A stretch of 64,000 nt of DNA, from contig CAZYDX010000001.1 of the NCBI GenBank assembly GCA_964646455.1, positions 9,560 through 73,559 of the forward strand, written 5' to 3'. Every line of letters begins with the position of its first letter. The stretch's first letter is position 1. The position numbers were made by a program, and so were the translations under genes. Under the pieces are notes generated by a model. That model was not told the DNA's origin, made no database searches, and saw nothing but the letters and a program-made list of their open reading frames with translations. The DNA comes from an uncultured bacterium (GTDB lineage Bacteria; Fidelibacterota; Marinisomatia; Marinisomatales; UBA1611). Positions 10,115-18,926 of this stretch are shown here, one piece after another.

Positions 10115-11456
10115 AAATATATCTAGTTCTGATTTATTATTAATCATATTTCTAGCAATGGTGGAATTGCATGTTTTTAATATTTTCATATTTTTTGAAG
10201 GTATTATTGGACAAACATTCACATTCGATAAAATGAGAGTAGTATTTTGTTTTATCGTATTATTAATACATCTTTTCATATATAGAGGGATATATATATC
10301 CTATATTAGATCATATTTAAAATATTTTGTTTTGCTATTAATATTGTTTACCATATCAAATCTGTTGAATTACAATACATTAGATTCAAAAGAACTTATA
10401 CGATCATATCTTTTAATCTTATATCCATTTTGTTTCATATTAGTTATAAGGTCTATTTTGCATCTAAAAATATTTTTATCAATTTGTGCTGTTATTGCAA
10501 CTTTAATATCATTTATTTCTGTATCTGATTTGATTTCAATAAGTAGTTTTGGTTCTTCTATAAAAGGAGCTTACTATGCAGAATATTTGGAGTCAACCTC
10601 GACCCATGGATTGATGAATGATAAAAGTGTAGTTAGAAGTGGGTTTTTATGGATGTCTAACAATGTTATGGCGCATCAATTATCTCCATATTTTGTATAC
10701 TTATTTTTTATGTTTATTAATATAAAAGGGTTTAGTTTTTCAAAGGTAGTATATCTTATATCAATGTCAGTTATTTTCATAGCTATATTAAAAACCCTAA
10801 GTCGGGGAGGATTAATTGTAGTGATGTTAGGTTCTATTTTTGCATTATTATATTCAAAGAAGATTAATTTTTTAAGTTTTGTTAAATATTCATTAATCTT
10901 TTTATCATTATTGGGAATTTTATTTATTTCACAATTTAGCGCTAAATATACTGATACTATATCTAAGAGGTTTTCAAGTGTAATATTATTATTAAAAAGT
11001 AGTAATATTTCAAAACTTGAAGGTAACGCACTTGGAAGAATTTTTGCTGCAGCTGCTACAGTAAAAGAAATAAGTCAGAAGCCTTTTTTTGGTTGGGGTA
11101 ATGGAAAAATGTTAGGTAGTGTAGGTAAAGGAACAAAAAATCATGTTGCATATTTGGATTATATTGGAAAAGTAGGCATATCTGGTTTTGTAGTATTAAT
11201 TTTATTATGGAGAAAAGTTTTTATTGATTTTTTTAATTCAAAAAGAATTCTTTTGAATAATAGGATTTATGATAATAATCTAAATAAATTGTTACTTGTT
11301 TTAATATTTGTGAGTTTTTTATCAGGATTCTTTCAACCACAATCATTCATTGGACCAATGAAGTTAATGATATGTTATATTGTCTGTATTTCTTACAAAT
11401 TATCAATTGATCATAATCAAATGCATACAAAAATATCATATAGAAATATTAGCTGA
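10059..11456 (+). CDS. O-antigen ligase/polymerase-family (WaaL/Wzy-like) polytopic membrane protein
   Basis: Multiple TM helices; 'LKTLSRGGLIVVMLGSIF' and 'GWGNGKM...KNHVAYLDYIGKVGISG' fit Wzy_C-type blocks. The start is uncertain: ATG 10059 overlaps the upstream gene by 56 nt, and the next ATG is 10158. Confidence 0.6.
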   Translation: MNLKVQFLKGFLIKNSKIKNISSSDLLLIIFLAMVELHVFNIFIFFEGIIGQTFTFDKMRVVFCFIVLLIHLFIYRGIYISYIRSYLKYFVLLLILFTISNLLNYNTLDSKELIRSYLLILYPFCFILVIRSILHLKIFLSICAVIATLISFISVSDLISISSFGSSIKGAYYAEYLESTSTHGLMNDKSVVRSGFLWMSNNVMAHQLSPYFVYLFFMFINIKGFSFSKVVYLISMSVIFIAILKTLSRGGLIVVMLGSIFALLYSKKINFLSFVKYSLIFLSLLGILFISQFSAKYTDTISKRFSSVILLLKSSNISKLEGNALGRIFAAAATVKEISQKPFFGWGNGKMLGSVGKGTKNHVAYLDYIGKVGISGFVVLILLWRKVFIDFFNSKRILLNNRIYDNNLNKLLLVLIFVSFLSGFFQPQSFIGPMKLMICYIVCISYKLSIDHNQMHTKISYRNIS

Positions 11457-11557
11457 TGATTTTAGATTCATCAATTAATTTACTTTAAATAAGAAATTAT
11501 ATTTTATTCTTTATAACTAATAAATATATAAATATTATTATTTGTAGGACTTTATAA

Positions 11558-12535
11558 ATGAAATCTATAGTTACTGGTGGAGCTGGATTTATTGGAAGTC
11601 ATCTTGTCGATGCATTGTTGGAAGATGGGCTAGAAGTTATTGTTATTGATAACTTTAGTACTGGCAGGTTGCAAAATCTTAATCATGTGGTAGATGATAT
11701 AGAATTAGTTGAATGTGATATATCTTCTAGTGGTAAATGGAAAAATTATTTTAAGAACGTGGATTATGTTTTTCATTTAGCAGCGTTAGCTGATATTGTT
11801 CCATCTATTGAAAATCCTGCTGAATATTATCGTTCAAATGTTAATGGTACTTTTAATTTATTAGAGACTTGCAAAAATAATAATATTAATAAAATTGTTT
11901 ATTCTGCATCTTCATCGTGTTATGGAATTCCTGATGAATATCCTACAAAAGAAACGGCTGAGATTCGTCCACAATATCCATACGCACTTACAAAATATTT
12001 AGGTGAACAACTTATGATGCATTGGTGCGCTGTATATAATTTAAAAACAGTATCATTACGTTTTTTTAATGTTTATGGTCCAAGATCAAGAACATCTGGT
12101 ACTTATGGAGCAGTATTCGGTGTTTTCCTTGCTCAAAAACTTGCTAAAAAGCCTTTCACGGTAGTTGGAGACGGTAAGCAAACTAGGGATTTTACTTTTG
12201 TTTCAGATGTCGTAGAAGCTATTATTGCTGCTGCCAAAAGTGATGTAATTGGCGAAATTATAAATATTGGATCAGATAATACATATAGTGTCAATGATCT
12301 TGTTGGGCTTCTTGGTGGAGAAGTAGAGTATATACCTAAACGACCTGGAGAGCCTGATTGTACTTGGGCAGAAATTAAAAAGGCTAAAAAACTATTAAAT
12401 TGGATTCCCAAAGTAAGTTTAGATGAAGGAGTTAAAATTCTACTAGATAATATAGATTATTGGAAAGAAGCGCCGGTTTGGAATAAAGATTCTATTGCTG
12501 AAGCCACAGAAAAATGGTTTAAATACTTGAGTTAA
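11558..12535 (+). CDS. NAD-dependent epimerase/dehydratase (UDP-glucuronate decarboxylase / UDP-hexose 4-epimerase-like)
   Basis: 'IVTGGAGFIGSHLVDALL', 'IDNFSTG', 'SSSCYG', YxxxK in 'YALTKYLGEQ'. Confidence 0.8.
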   Translation: MKSIVTGGAGFIGSHLVDALLEDGLEVIVIDNFSTGRLQNLNHVVDDIELVECDISSSGKWKNYFKNVDYVFHLAALADIVPSIENPAEYYRSNVNGTFNLLETCKNNNINKIVYSASSSCYGIPDEYPTKETAEIRPQYPYALTKYLGEQLMMHWCAVYNLKTVSLRFFNVYGPRSRTSGTYGAVFGVFLAQKLAKKPFTVVGDGKQTRDFTFVSDVVEAIIAAAKSDVIGEIINIGSDNTYSVNDLVGLLGGEVEYIPKRPGEPDCTWAEIKKAKKLLNWIPKVSLDEGVKILLDNIDYWKEAPVWNKDSIAEATEKWFKYLS

Positions 12536-12542
12536 CATTATT

Positions 12543-14066
12543 ATGAATTCTAAGATTAAATCGCTAAGTGCCCTTCAAGAAATAACTAAAGAACTTAAAT
12601 CAAATGGTAAAACTATAGTCCATTGCCATGGTGTTTTTGACTTGCTTCATATTGGACATATAAGACATTTCAAAGAAGCAAAATCTTTTGGTGACTATTT
12701 AATAGTTACTATTAGTCCTGATGAATTTGTAAATAAGGGACCAAATCGACCCGCATTTACAACTGAATTACGACTTGAAACTTTGGCTTCATTAGATTTT
12801 GTTGATTTTGTTGCTTCTAATAATTGGCCAACAGCTGTTGAAACGATTAAAATGTTAAATCCAGATATATATTGTAAAGGGCCAGATTATAAAGAACAAA
12901 GTGATGATATAACTGGTAAAATTAAAGATGAAAAGGAAGCTGTTAAGTTTATAGGTGGTGTAATTAGATATACAAAAGATATAACTTTTAGTTCAAGTAG
13001 TCTTCTAAATAAATTTGGTGAAATTTATAATAAGTCTCAAAAATCCTTCATTCAAAAGATATGTCATAAATATGATTTTGAAGATATAAAAACTAAAATA
13101 AGTAAAATGAAAGACCTCAGAATTCTTGTTGTAGGAGAAACTATAATTGATCAATATGTTTTTTGTCAAGCTTTGGGAAAATCAGGTAAAGAGCCTGTAC
13201 TTGTATTAAGAGAACTTGAAATGGAACAGTATGCAGGTGGAGCTGTAGCAATTGCAATGCATTTATCAGAATTTTGTGGAAGTATTACTTTATTAAGTAT
13301 GTTAGGTGAGAAAAAGGAATATGAGAATTTTCTTATTGATAATCTTCCAGATAATATTGAGCCATGCTTCATTTATAAAAACAATGCGCCAACTATTACA
13401 AAAAAGAGGTTTGTTGATCATGTTTCTAAGAGAAAATCTTTAGGGGTTTATACAATAAACGATTCACATATGGATAGTGAAAATAATAAACAATTTCAAA
13501 ATTATCTTAATGATTTAATACCCAAGCATGATTTATTAATTATTTCTGATTATGGGCATGGTTTTATATCTAAAGAATCTGCAATAAAGATTTCAAAGAA
13601 ATCTATTTTTACTTCTCTTAATGCGCAAATTAATGCATCAAATATTGGTTATCATACAATGGATAATTATAGAAATATAGATTGCGCAATTATAAATGAA
13701 AATGAAATTCGTCATGAATTACGAGATCGTGAAACAAATGTAAATGATTTAATGAAAACACTTGCCGAAAAAATGAAAGCAAATAGTTTAATAGTTACAC
13801 GTGGAAACAGAGGAGCAATATTATATAATTCTATAAAAAAGAAATATCATAATTGTCCAGCTTTTGCTTCAAAAATTATCGATAAAATAGGGGCTGGAGA
13901 TGCAATGTTAGCTTTACTAAGTTGTTCATTAAAAAGCGGTATTGATATTGATGTTTCACTGCTAATAGGTTCTCTTGCGGCAGCTCAATCTGTAGAGACC
14001 ATAGGTAATAGTATAAATGTTAATAAAAATCAATTAGTTAAGACTGTTTATCATTTATTTAAATAA
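12543..14066 (+). CDS. bifunctional nucleotidyltransferase + PfkB sugar kinase (HldE/RfaE-like, domains in inverted order)
   Basis: N-terminal cytidylyltransferase HxGH motif 'HCHGVFDLLHIGHIRHF'. The C-terminal ~320 aa is PfkB-like ('ILVVGETIIDQY', 'GAGDAMLALLS'). Confidence 0.75.
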   Translation: MNSKIKSLSALQEITKELKSNGKTIVHCHGVFDLLHIGHIRHFKEAKSFGDYLIVTISPDEFVNKGPNRPAFTTELRLETLASLDFVDFVASNNWPTAVETIKMLNPDIYCKGPDYKEQSDDITGKIKDEKEAVKFIGGVIRYTKDITFSSSSLLNKFGEIYNKSQKSFIQKICHKYDFEDIKTKISKMKDLRILVVGETIIDQYVFCQALGKSGKEPVLVLRELEMEQYAGGAVAIAMHLSEFCGSITLLSMLGEKKEYENFLIDNLPDNIEPCFIYKNNAPTITKKRFVDHVSKRKSLGVYTINDSHMDSENNKQFQNYLNDLIPKHDLLIISDYGHGFISKESAIKISKKSIFTSLNAQINASNIGYHTMDNYRNIDCAIINENEIRHELRDRETNVNDLMKTLAEKMKANSLIVTRGNRGAILYNSIKKKYHNCPAFASKIIDKIGAGDAMLALLSCSLKSGIDIDVSLLIGSLAAAQSVETIGNSINVNKNQLVKTVYHLFK

Positions 14067-14111
14067 TTATCGTCCATCTGAATATAATAATTTACTTATA
14101 TACAAGAAAAT

Positions 14112-14127
14112 AGGATATTATTATCCT
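14112..14127 (+). terminator. weak hairpin (AGGATA / TATCCT, 4-nt loop) downstream of the HldE-like gene; possible terminator
   Basis: The inverted repeat was read directly. The stem is only 6 bp, it is AT-rich, and the T-tract is poor. Confidence 0.15.
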
Positions 14128-14226
14128 CTTTAGTATTAAATATCTTCAGAATAATTGGAGCACTTATTAATAAAAAGGATAATGTATTCAATTATTATTA
14201 ATAATATTGTAATATGCTTAATTATT

Positions 14227-14232
14227 AAGGAG
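14227..14232 (+). promoter_or_regulatory. Shine-Dalgarno-like AAGGAG 9 nt upstream of ATG 14242
   Basis: 'ttAAGGAGtaaagtgaaATG' read directly. It is one of the few strong SD matches in the window. Confidence 0.5.
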
Positions 14233-14241
14233 TAAAGTGAA

Positions 14242-15027
14242 ATGAGTAATAACATATCATCATTTAAAAATAATGGATATTTAAAATATAAATTTAAAAA
14301 TATTGAACCTATAAATTTGGTGAAGAAAATTATCAATAAACATTTTAAATCTACTTTATGTAAGGATTATCCTGATACGGATTATTTTCGAAATCTTTTA
14401 TTAATATGCCAAGATGAAATAAACCAAAATAAAGTTCATCAACAAATTGTTAATAATGAGAAAGAAATATATAATAAACTTCTTAGCAATAAGTCTATAT
14501 CTATACAATCAGTGGTTTATTTAAGAGGTGTGAGATCTAATTCTCAAGAAATGATGGAGTATTTGGATTATCATAGAGAAAACTTTTATTGTGATGATGA
14601 CTATATAAATCATCAATTGAACAATCATATTCCAATACAAAATTACAATATTAATACCAGTATGAAAATAATTGACAAATCCCATACTATAGATGACGAT
14701 AATATAACAACAGAAAAATTTTATTCTAAAAATAGTGGTGTTGATCGATTTTCTGTGGGACACAATATTGGATTATCTTACAATCCAAAGGTTATAACTG
14801 ATGGTGTTGATATATCTGAAGCAGAAAGAATTGATTTAGATAAAGATGAAATGTTTATTTTTTCTCCAAACTTAATTCATGGTGGAGGAATTAATCCAAC
14901 TAAAAACATAAGATTTAGTTTAGATTTTGCTGTTATTAGCACAGAAAAGCTTGTAGGAGCGAGTAAAAGCCATTTTGCAGCATATACTAAAGAAAAAACT
15001 CATTTTGTTGATTTAAATACCCTCTAG
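14242..15027 (+). CDS. putative Fe(II)/2-oxoglutarate-dependent oxygenase (PhyH-like)
   Basis: N-terminal 'FKNNGYLKYKF'; candidate H-x-E 'DYHRENF'; distal 'LIHGGGINPTKNIRFSLDF' supplies the His and the 2OG-binding Arg. Motif-level resemblance only. Confidence 0.35.
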   Translation: MSNNISSFKNNGYLKYKFKNIEPINLVKKIINKHFKSTLCKDYPDTDYFRNLLLICQDEINQNKVHQQIVNNEKEIYNKLLSNKSISIQSVVYLRGVRSNSQEMMEYLDYHRENFYCDDDYINHQLNNHIPIQNYNINTSMKIIDKSHTIDDDNITTEKFYSKNSGVDRFSVGHNIGLSYNPKVITDGVDISEAERIDLDKDEMFIFSPNLIHGGGINPTKNIRFSLDFAVISTEKLVGASKSHFAAYTKEKTHFVDLNTL

Positions 15028-15151
15028 CTATATAGTTTATAAAATAGTTTGATTTTTTATTAATAATTGATCAAAAATCTCAATATATTCATTTTCAGTC
15101 TATTTGAAAAATTGAAAAAGATTTGCAGAATTATACTATAATATTATAAAA

Positions 15152-15718
15152 ATGAATTCAAAATCCTTTTTATTAAAATACTTAAATGATTTTTCTGATC
15201 TAATTAAACCCAGACTAGATGATGTGGATAGCTTACTGGAAGTTGCAGAGTTATGTAAAAAAGTTAGAGAAAATCAAAACAAGATACTTATTTTTGGTAA
15301 TGGTGGTAGCGCAGCGATGGCAAGTCATTTTAGTGTGGATATTACAAAAAATGCAAGGATAAGGTGCTTGAACTTTAATGAAGCTGATCTTATCACATGT
15401 TTTGCAAATGATTATGGTTTTGATCGGTGGGTAGAAAAAGCAGTCGAATTTTATGGTAACGATGGAGATTTGTTAATACTTATATCCTCTAGTGGCAATT
15501 CAAAAAATATGCTTAATGCTGTTGATGTCGCTAGAAAAAAGAATTTTATGAGCGTTATAACACTTTCAGGATTCAATAAAAATAATCCTTTAAAGAAAAT
15601 GGGTAATTTGAATTTATGGGTAAATAATAAATCTTATAACTTTGTGGAAAACACCCATCAAATATGGCTATTATCTATTGTTGATCTCATAATTGGTTCG
15701 CGTGAATATTCCGTATAA
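15152..15718 (+). CDS. gmhA: phosphoheptose isomerase (SIS domain, GmhA-like)
   Basis: 'ILIFGNGGSAAMASHFSVD' and 'LILISSSGNSKN' are typical GmhA/SIS blocks. The length of 188 aa fits. Confidence 0.8.
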   Translation: MNSKSFLLKYLNDFSDLIKPRLDDVDSLLEVAELCKKVRENQNKILIFGNGGSAAMASHFSVDITKNARIRCLNFNEADLITCFANDYGFDRWVEKAVEFYGNDGDLLILISSSGNSKNMLNAVDVARKKNFMSVITLSGFNKNNPLKKMGNLNLWVNNKSYNFVENTHQIWLLSIVDLIIGSREYSV

Positions 15719-15740
15719 CATTGTTAGATAATAAATTACT

Positions 15741-16721
15741 ATGAGAAAAATATTTGTTACAGGTGGAGCAGGTTACGTTGGAGCTGTTTTAGTTCCACGC
15801 TTACTTGATGAAGGTTATGAAGTAACGGTGCTTGATCTTATGATTTATGGACAAAATGTTTTACCAAATCATTCAAATTTAAATGCTATTAAAGGGGATA
15901 TTAGGAATTTGGATCTTTTGGATGAAATAGTTCCAGGTCATGATACAATTATACATTTAGCCTGTATATCAAATGATCCTAGTTTTGAATTGAATTCGGA
16001 TTTAGGTAAATCTATTAATTTGGACGCTTTTCGTCCTTTTGTTGAAATATCAAAAAAACGAAATGTTAGTCGTTTTATTTATGCATCTTCTTCAAGTGTC
16101 TATGGTATCAAAAAAGAAACTGATGTTCATGAAGGAATAATTTTAGAACCGCTTACAGATTATTCGCGTTTCAAGGCAGAATGTGAAAAAATTCTGTTAG
16201 AATATCAGTCTGATAGTTTTACAACAGTAACTATTCGACCTGCAACAGTATGCGGATATTCTCCTAGGCAGCGTTTAGATGTGGTTGTTAATATACTTAC
16301 AAACTTAGCATTTCATAAACGTGAAATTTCAGTTTTTGGTGGTAAACAACTGCGCCCCAATATACATATTCTAGATATGGTAGAAGCCTATATGACGCTT
16401 CTAAATTCCCCAAAGGAAAAGATAGCTGGAAAGATATTCAATGCTGGGTATGAAAATCAATCAGTTATGGAATTAGCTGAAACAGTTAAATCTGTAGTTG
16501 GTAGGGATGTCAAATTGGTACATACTCCCTCTGATGATAACAGATCTTATCATATTTCATCTGAAAAGATTAAGAAAGAGCTTGGCTTTGTTCCAAGTCA
16601 TACCATACGTGAAGCAGTTGAAGACCTTTGTAATGCATTCTCAAAAGGACTATTACCTGATTCACTTGAAAATGAAATGTATTTTAATATAAATAGAATG
16701 CAAAATTTGGAACTTAATTAA
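15741..16721 (+). CDS. NAD-dependent epimerase/dehydratase (extended SDR)
   Basis: 'IFVTGGAGYVGAVLV', 'ASSSSVYG', YxxxK in 'YSRFKAECE'. Confidence 0.8.
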   Translation: MRKIFVTGGAGYVGAVLVPRLLDEGYEVTVLDLMIYGQNVLPNHSNLNAIKGDIRNLDLLDEIVPGHDTIIHLACISNDPSFELNSDLGKSINLDAFRPFVEISKKRNVSRFIYASSSSVYGIKKETDVHEGIILEPLTDYSRFKAECEKILLEYQSDSFTTVTIRPATVCGYSPRQRLDVVVNILTNLAFHKREISVFGGKQLRPNIHILDMVEAYMTLLNSPKEKIAGKIFNAGYENQSVMELAETVKSVVGRDVKLVHTPSDDNRSYHISSEKIKKELGFVPSHTIREAVEDLCNAFSKGLLPDSLENEMYFNINRMQNLELN

Positions 16722-16723
16722 TA

Positions 16724-17824
16724 ATGAAAGTTAGATATTCATATCTACCACAGCAATTTAATGACTGTGAAGATTTATGGCAGGATTTACGAAAATTTGT
16801 TCCTACTGGAGATTTTACATTAGGGAAACCACTGAAAAAATTTGAGCACAGTTTTGCAGAATTAATTGGAGCAAAATATGCCATAGGTGTGAACTCTGGA
16901 ACTGATGCAATAAAAATAACTCTTAAAGCTTTGGGTATTGGTCCTGGTGATGAGGTTATAACTGCTGCTAATACTTTCGTAGCTACCGTTGGTGCCATTT
17001 GTGAATTGGGTGCTATTCCTGTTTTTGTAGATTGTGATGATACGTTTTGTATGGATGTAGATAATATTGAACATAAAATCACTGATAAAACTAAAGCCCT
17101 ATTACCGGTTCATTTTACTGGATATATGACTGATATGCGTAAAATCACAAAAATTGCAGATCAATATAAATTATTTGTTGTAGAGGATGCTTGCCAATCA
17201 ATTCTTGGATCTATTGATGGTAAAAAAGCTGGCAATTGGGGTTGTCCCGCAGCATTTTCTTTACATCCATTAAAAAATATTAATGTTTGGTCAGATGGAG
17301 GCGTGATTGTAACGGACGATGCTGACTTAAATAATAAATTGAGACTAATGCGAAATCATGGTTTAGAGGATAGAGATACGGTGTCTATTATGGGTTATAA
17401 TTCTCGTTTAGATACAATACAAGCTGTAGTAGGAAACTGGATTTTACCAAAGGCAAAATCAATCTCTGAGAAACGAATATCCAATGCTAATTACCTTGAC
17501 AATGGTCTTTCAAAAGTCAATCAGATCTCAATTCCTCCAAGGCCCAACGGATATCGGTTGGTTTACCACCTTTATATTATATTTGCAAAAGATAGAGATG
17601 GGCTATTAGAATATTGTATCGAAAGAGGAATTGAGGCAAAAATTCATTACCCTATTCCTATTTATCGACAACCTGCATTAAAATACCTTGGATATAGACA
17701 AGGTGATTTCCCAATTGCTGATTCTCACACCTCTAAAATTATTACATTCCCTTGCGATCAACACCTTGAGCAGTCCCAATTAGATTATATTATTAATACA
17801 GTAAGCGAATATTATGGCAGATAA
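16724..17824 (+). CDS. DegT-family PLP sugar aminotransferase
   Basis: 'GVNSGTDAIKITLKALG', 'VVEDACQSILG', 'AFSLHPLKNINVWSDGGVIVT', 'GYNSRLDTIQAVVG'. Confidence 0.85.
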   Translation: MKVRYSYLPQQFNDCEDLWQDLRKFVPTGDFTLGKPLKKFEHSFAELIGAKYAIGVNSGTDAIKITLKALGIGPGDEVITAANTFVATVGAICELGAIPVFVDCDDTFCMDVDNIEHKITDKTKALLPVHFTGYMTDMRKITKIADQYKLFVVEDACQSILGSIDGKKAGNWGCPAAFSLHPLKNINVWSDGGVIVTDDADLNNKLRLMRNHGLEDRDTVSIMGYNSRLDTIQAVVGNWILPKAKSISEKRISNANYLDNGLSKVNQISIPPRPNGYRLVYHLYIIFAKDRDGLLEYCIERGIEAKIHYPIPIYRQPALKYLGYRQGDFPIADSHTSKIITFPCDQHLEQSQLDYIINTVSEYYGR

Positions 17825-18926
17825 TAATATAATAATACCTTATGTAGACCTTTCTGCGCAATGGAGAGATGACCGTTCAGAACTACTACCTATAATTGAT
17901 AATTTACTGAGCAGCGGACATTATGTAGGCGGAGAAGAAATTGAGCACTTTGAAATTCAGATTGCCAAATTATGTCAGGTTAAATATGCTGTAGCTCTAA
18001 ATAGTGGTACAGACGCCCTAACTTTGTCTCTTCATTTATTAGGCGTAAACAAAGGAGATGAAGTTATAACTCCGCCTAATTCATTCATTGCTTCTACAGC
18101 AGTTATTGAGCATCTGGGAGCAGTACCTGTCTTTGTAGATGTTTTATCAGACCAAAACATTGACACAGAAATGATTGAATCTTCTATAACTAATAATACA
18201 AAAGCAATTATGCCAGTCCATTTAACAGGTAGGATGTGTGATATGGATAGAATTACTAATCTAGCAAATAATTACGGTTTAAAGATTATTGAAGATGCAG
18301 CACAAGCTATTGGCTCAAAGTATAGAGGAAAACCTAGCGGTTCTATAGGGCATGTCGGTTGTTTTTCAGCGCACCCTCTAAAAAATTTAAATGCATGTGG
18401 TGATGGTGGATTTATTACTACGAATGATTCTAATTTGTATGAAAGAGCTAAAGCGCTACGAAGTCATGGTATTATTGATCGTGATAGGGTAGATAGTTTT
18501 GGATATGTTTCTAGGATGGATAATCTTCAGGCAGCAATTTTAAGTTATAGATTAGATAAATTAGATAAAATCATTGAAAAAAGAAGAAAAAATGCTCAAT
18601 ATTATTTAGATAATATTGATAGTAATAAAGTAATTCTTCCTGTTGAGAAAGAATATGAATTCAATTCTTACCATACATTTGTTATACAAGTGGAAAAAAG
18701 AAATGAATTAAAAGATTTTTTACTTGAAAAAGGGATTGAAACTGCAATACACTATCCAACGCCCATTCATTTACAGCCGGCTGCAAAAGAATTAGGTTAC
18801 ACAATAGGGGATTTTCCCGTAACTGAAGCACAAGCTAATACGATATTGACCTTACCAGTGAATCAAAATTTAAGCCAAATCGAAATAGAGGCAATAAGCG
18901 CCGCAGTAAATAGTTTTTACATTTGA
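17814..18926 (+). CDS. DegT-family PLP sugar aminotransferase (tandem paralogue of 16724..17824)
   Basis: 'ALNSGTDALTLSLHLLG', 'IIEDAAQAIGS', 'CFSAHPLKNLNACGDGGFITT', 'SRMDNLQAAILS'. Confidence 0.85.
   Translation: MADNNIIIPYVDLSAQWRDDRSELLPIIDNLLSSGHYVGGEEIEHFEIQIAKLCQVKYAVALNSGTDALTLSLHLLGVNKGDEVITPPNSFIASTAVIEHLGAVPVFVDVLSDQNIDTEMIESSITNNTKAIMPVHLTGRMCDMDRITNLANNYGLKIIEDAAQAIGSKYRGKPSGSIGHVGCFSAHPLKNLNACGDGGFITTNDSNLYERAKALRSHGIIDRDRVDSFGYVSRMDNLQAAILSYRLDKLDKIIEKRRKNAQYYLDNIDSNKVILPVEKEYEFNSYHTFVIQVEKRNELKDFLLEKGIETAIHYPTPIHLQPAAKELGYTIGDFPVTEAQANTILTLPVNQNLSQIEIEAISAAVNSFYI

Noticed and set aside
10059-10157. 56-nt overlap between the 9149..10114 ORF and the WaaL/Wzy-like ORF, considered as a possible frameshifted fusion
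   Set aside because: The upstream ORF ends with a normal soluble C-terminus. The membrane protein has an alternative ATG at 10158, though this would cut into the first hydrophobic helix. Start-codon ambiguity explains the overlap better than a frameshift.
15104-15142. Sigma70-like hexamers (TTGAAA at 15104 and 15112; TATAAT at 15137) upstream of gmhA
   Set aside because: The spacers are 19 nt or more for the TATAAT box (14 or 22 nt to the nearby TATACT box), not ~17 nt. Such hexamers arise by chance in DNA this AT-rich. I keep this only as a place to look experimentally.
16714-17082. 122-aa minus-strand ORF, the longest antisense ORF in the track
   Set aside because: It lies entirely antisense to the 5' part of a DegT aminotransferase gene with clear PLP motifs. 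Its translation is low-complexity (Ser/Thr/Pro-rich) with no recognisable motif. It is a typical shadow ORF.
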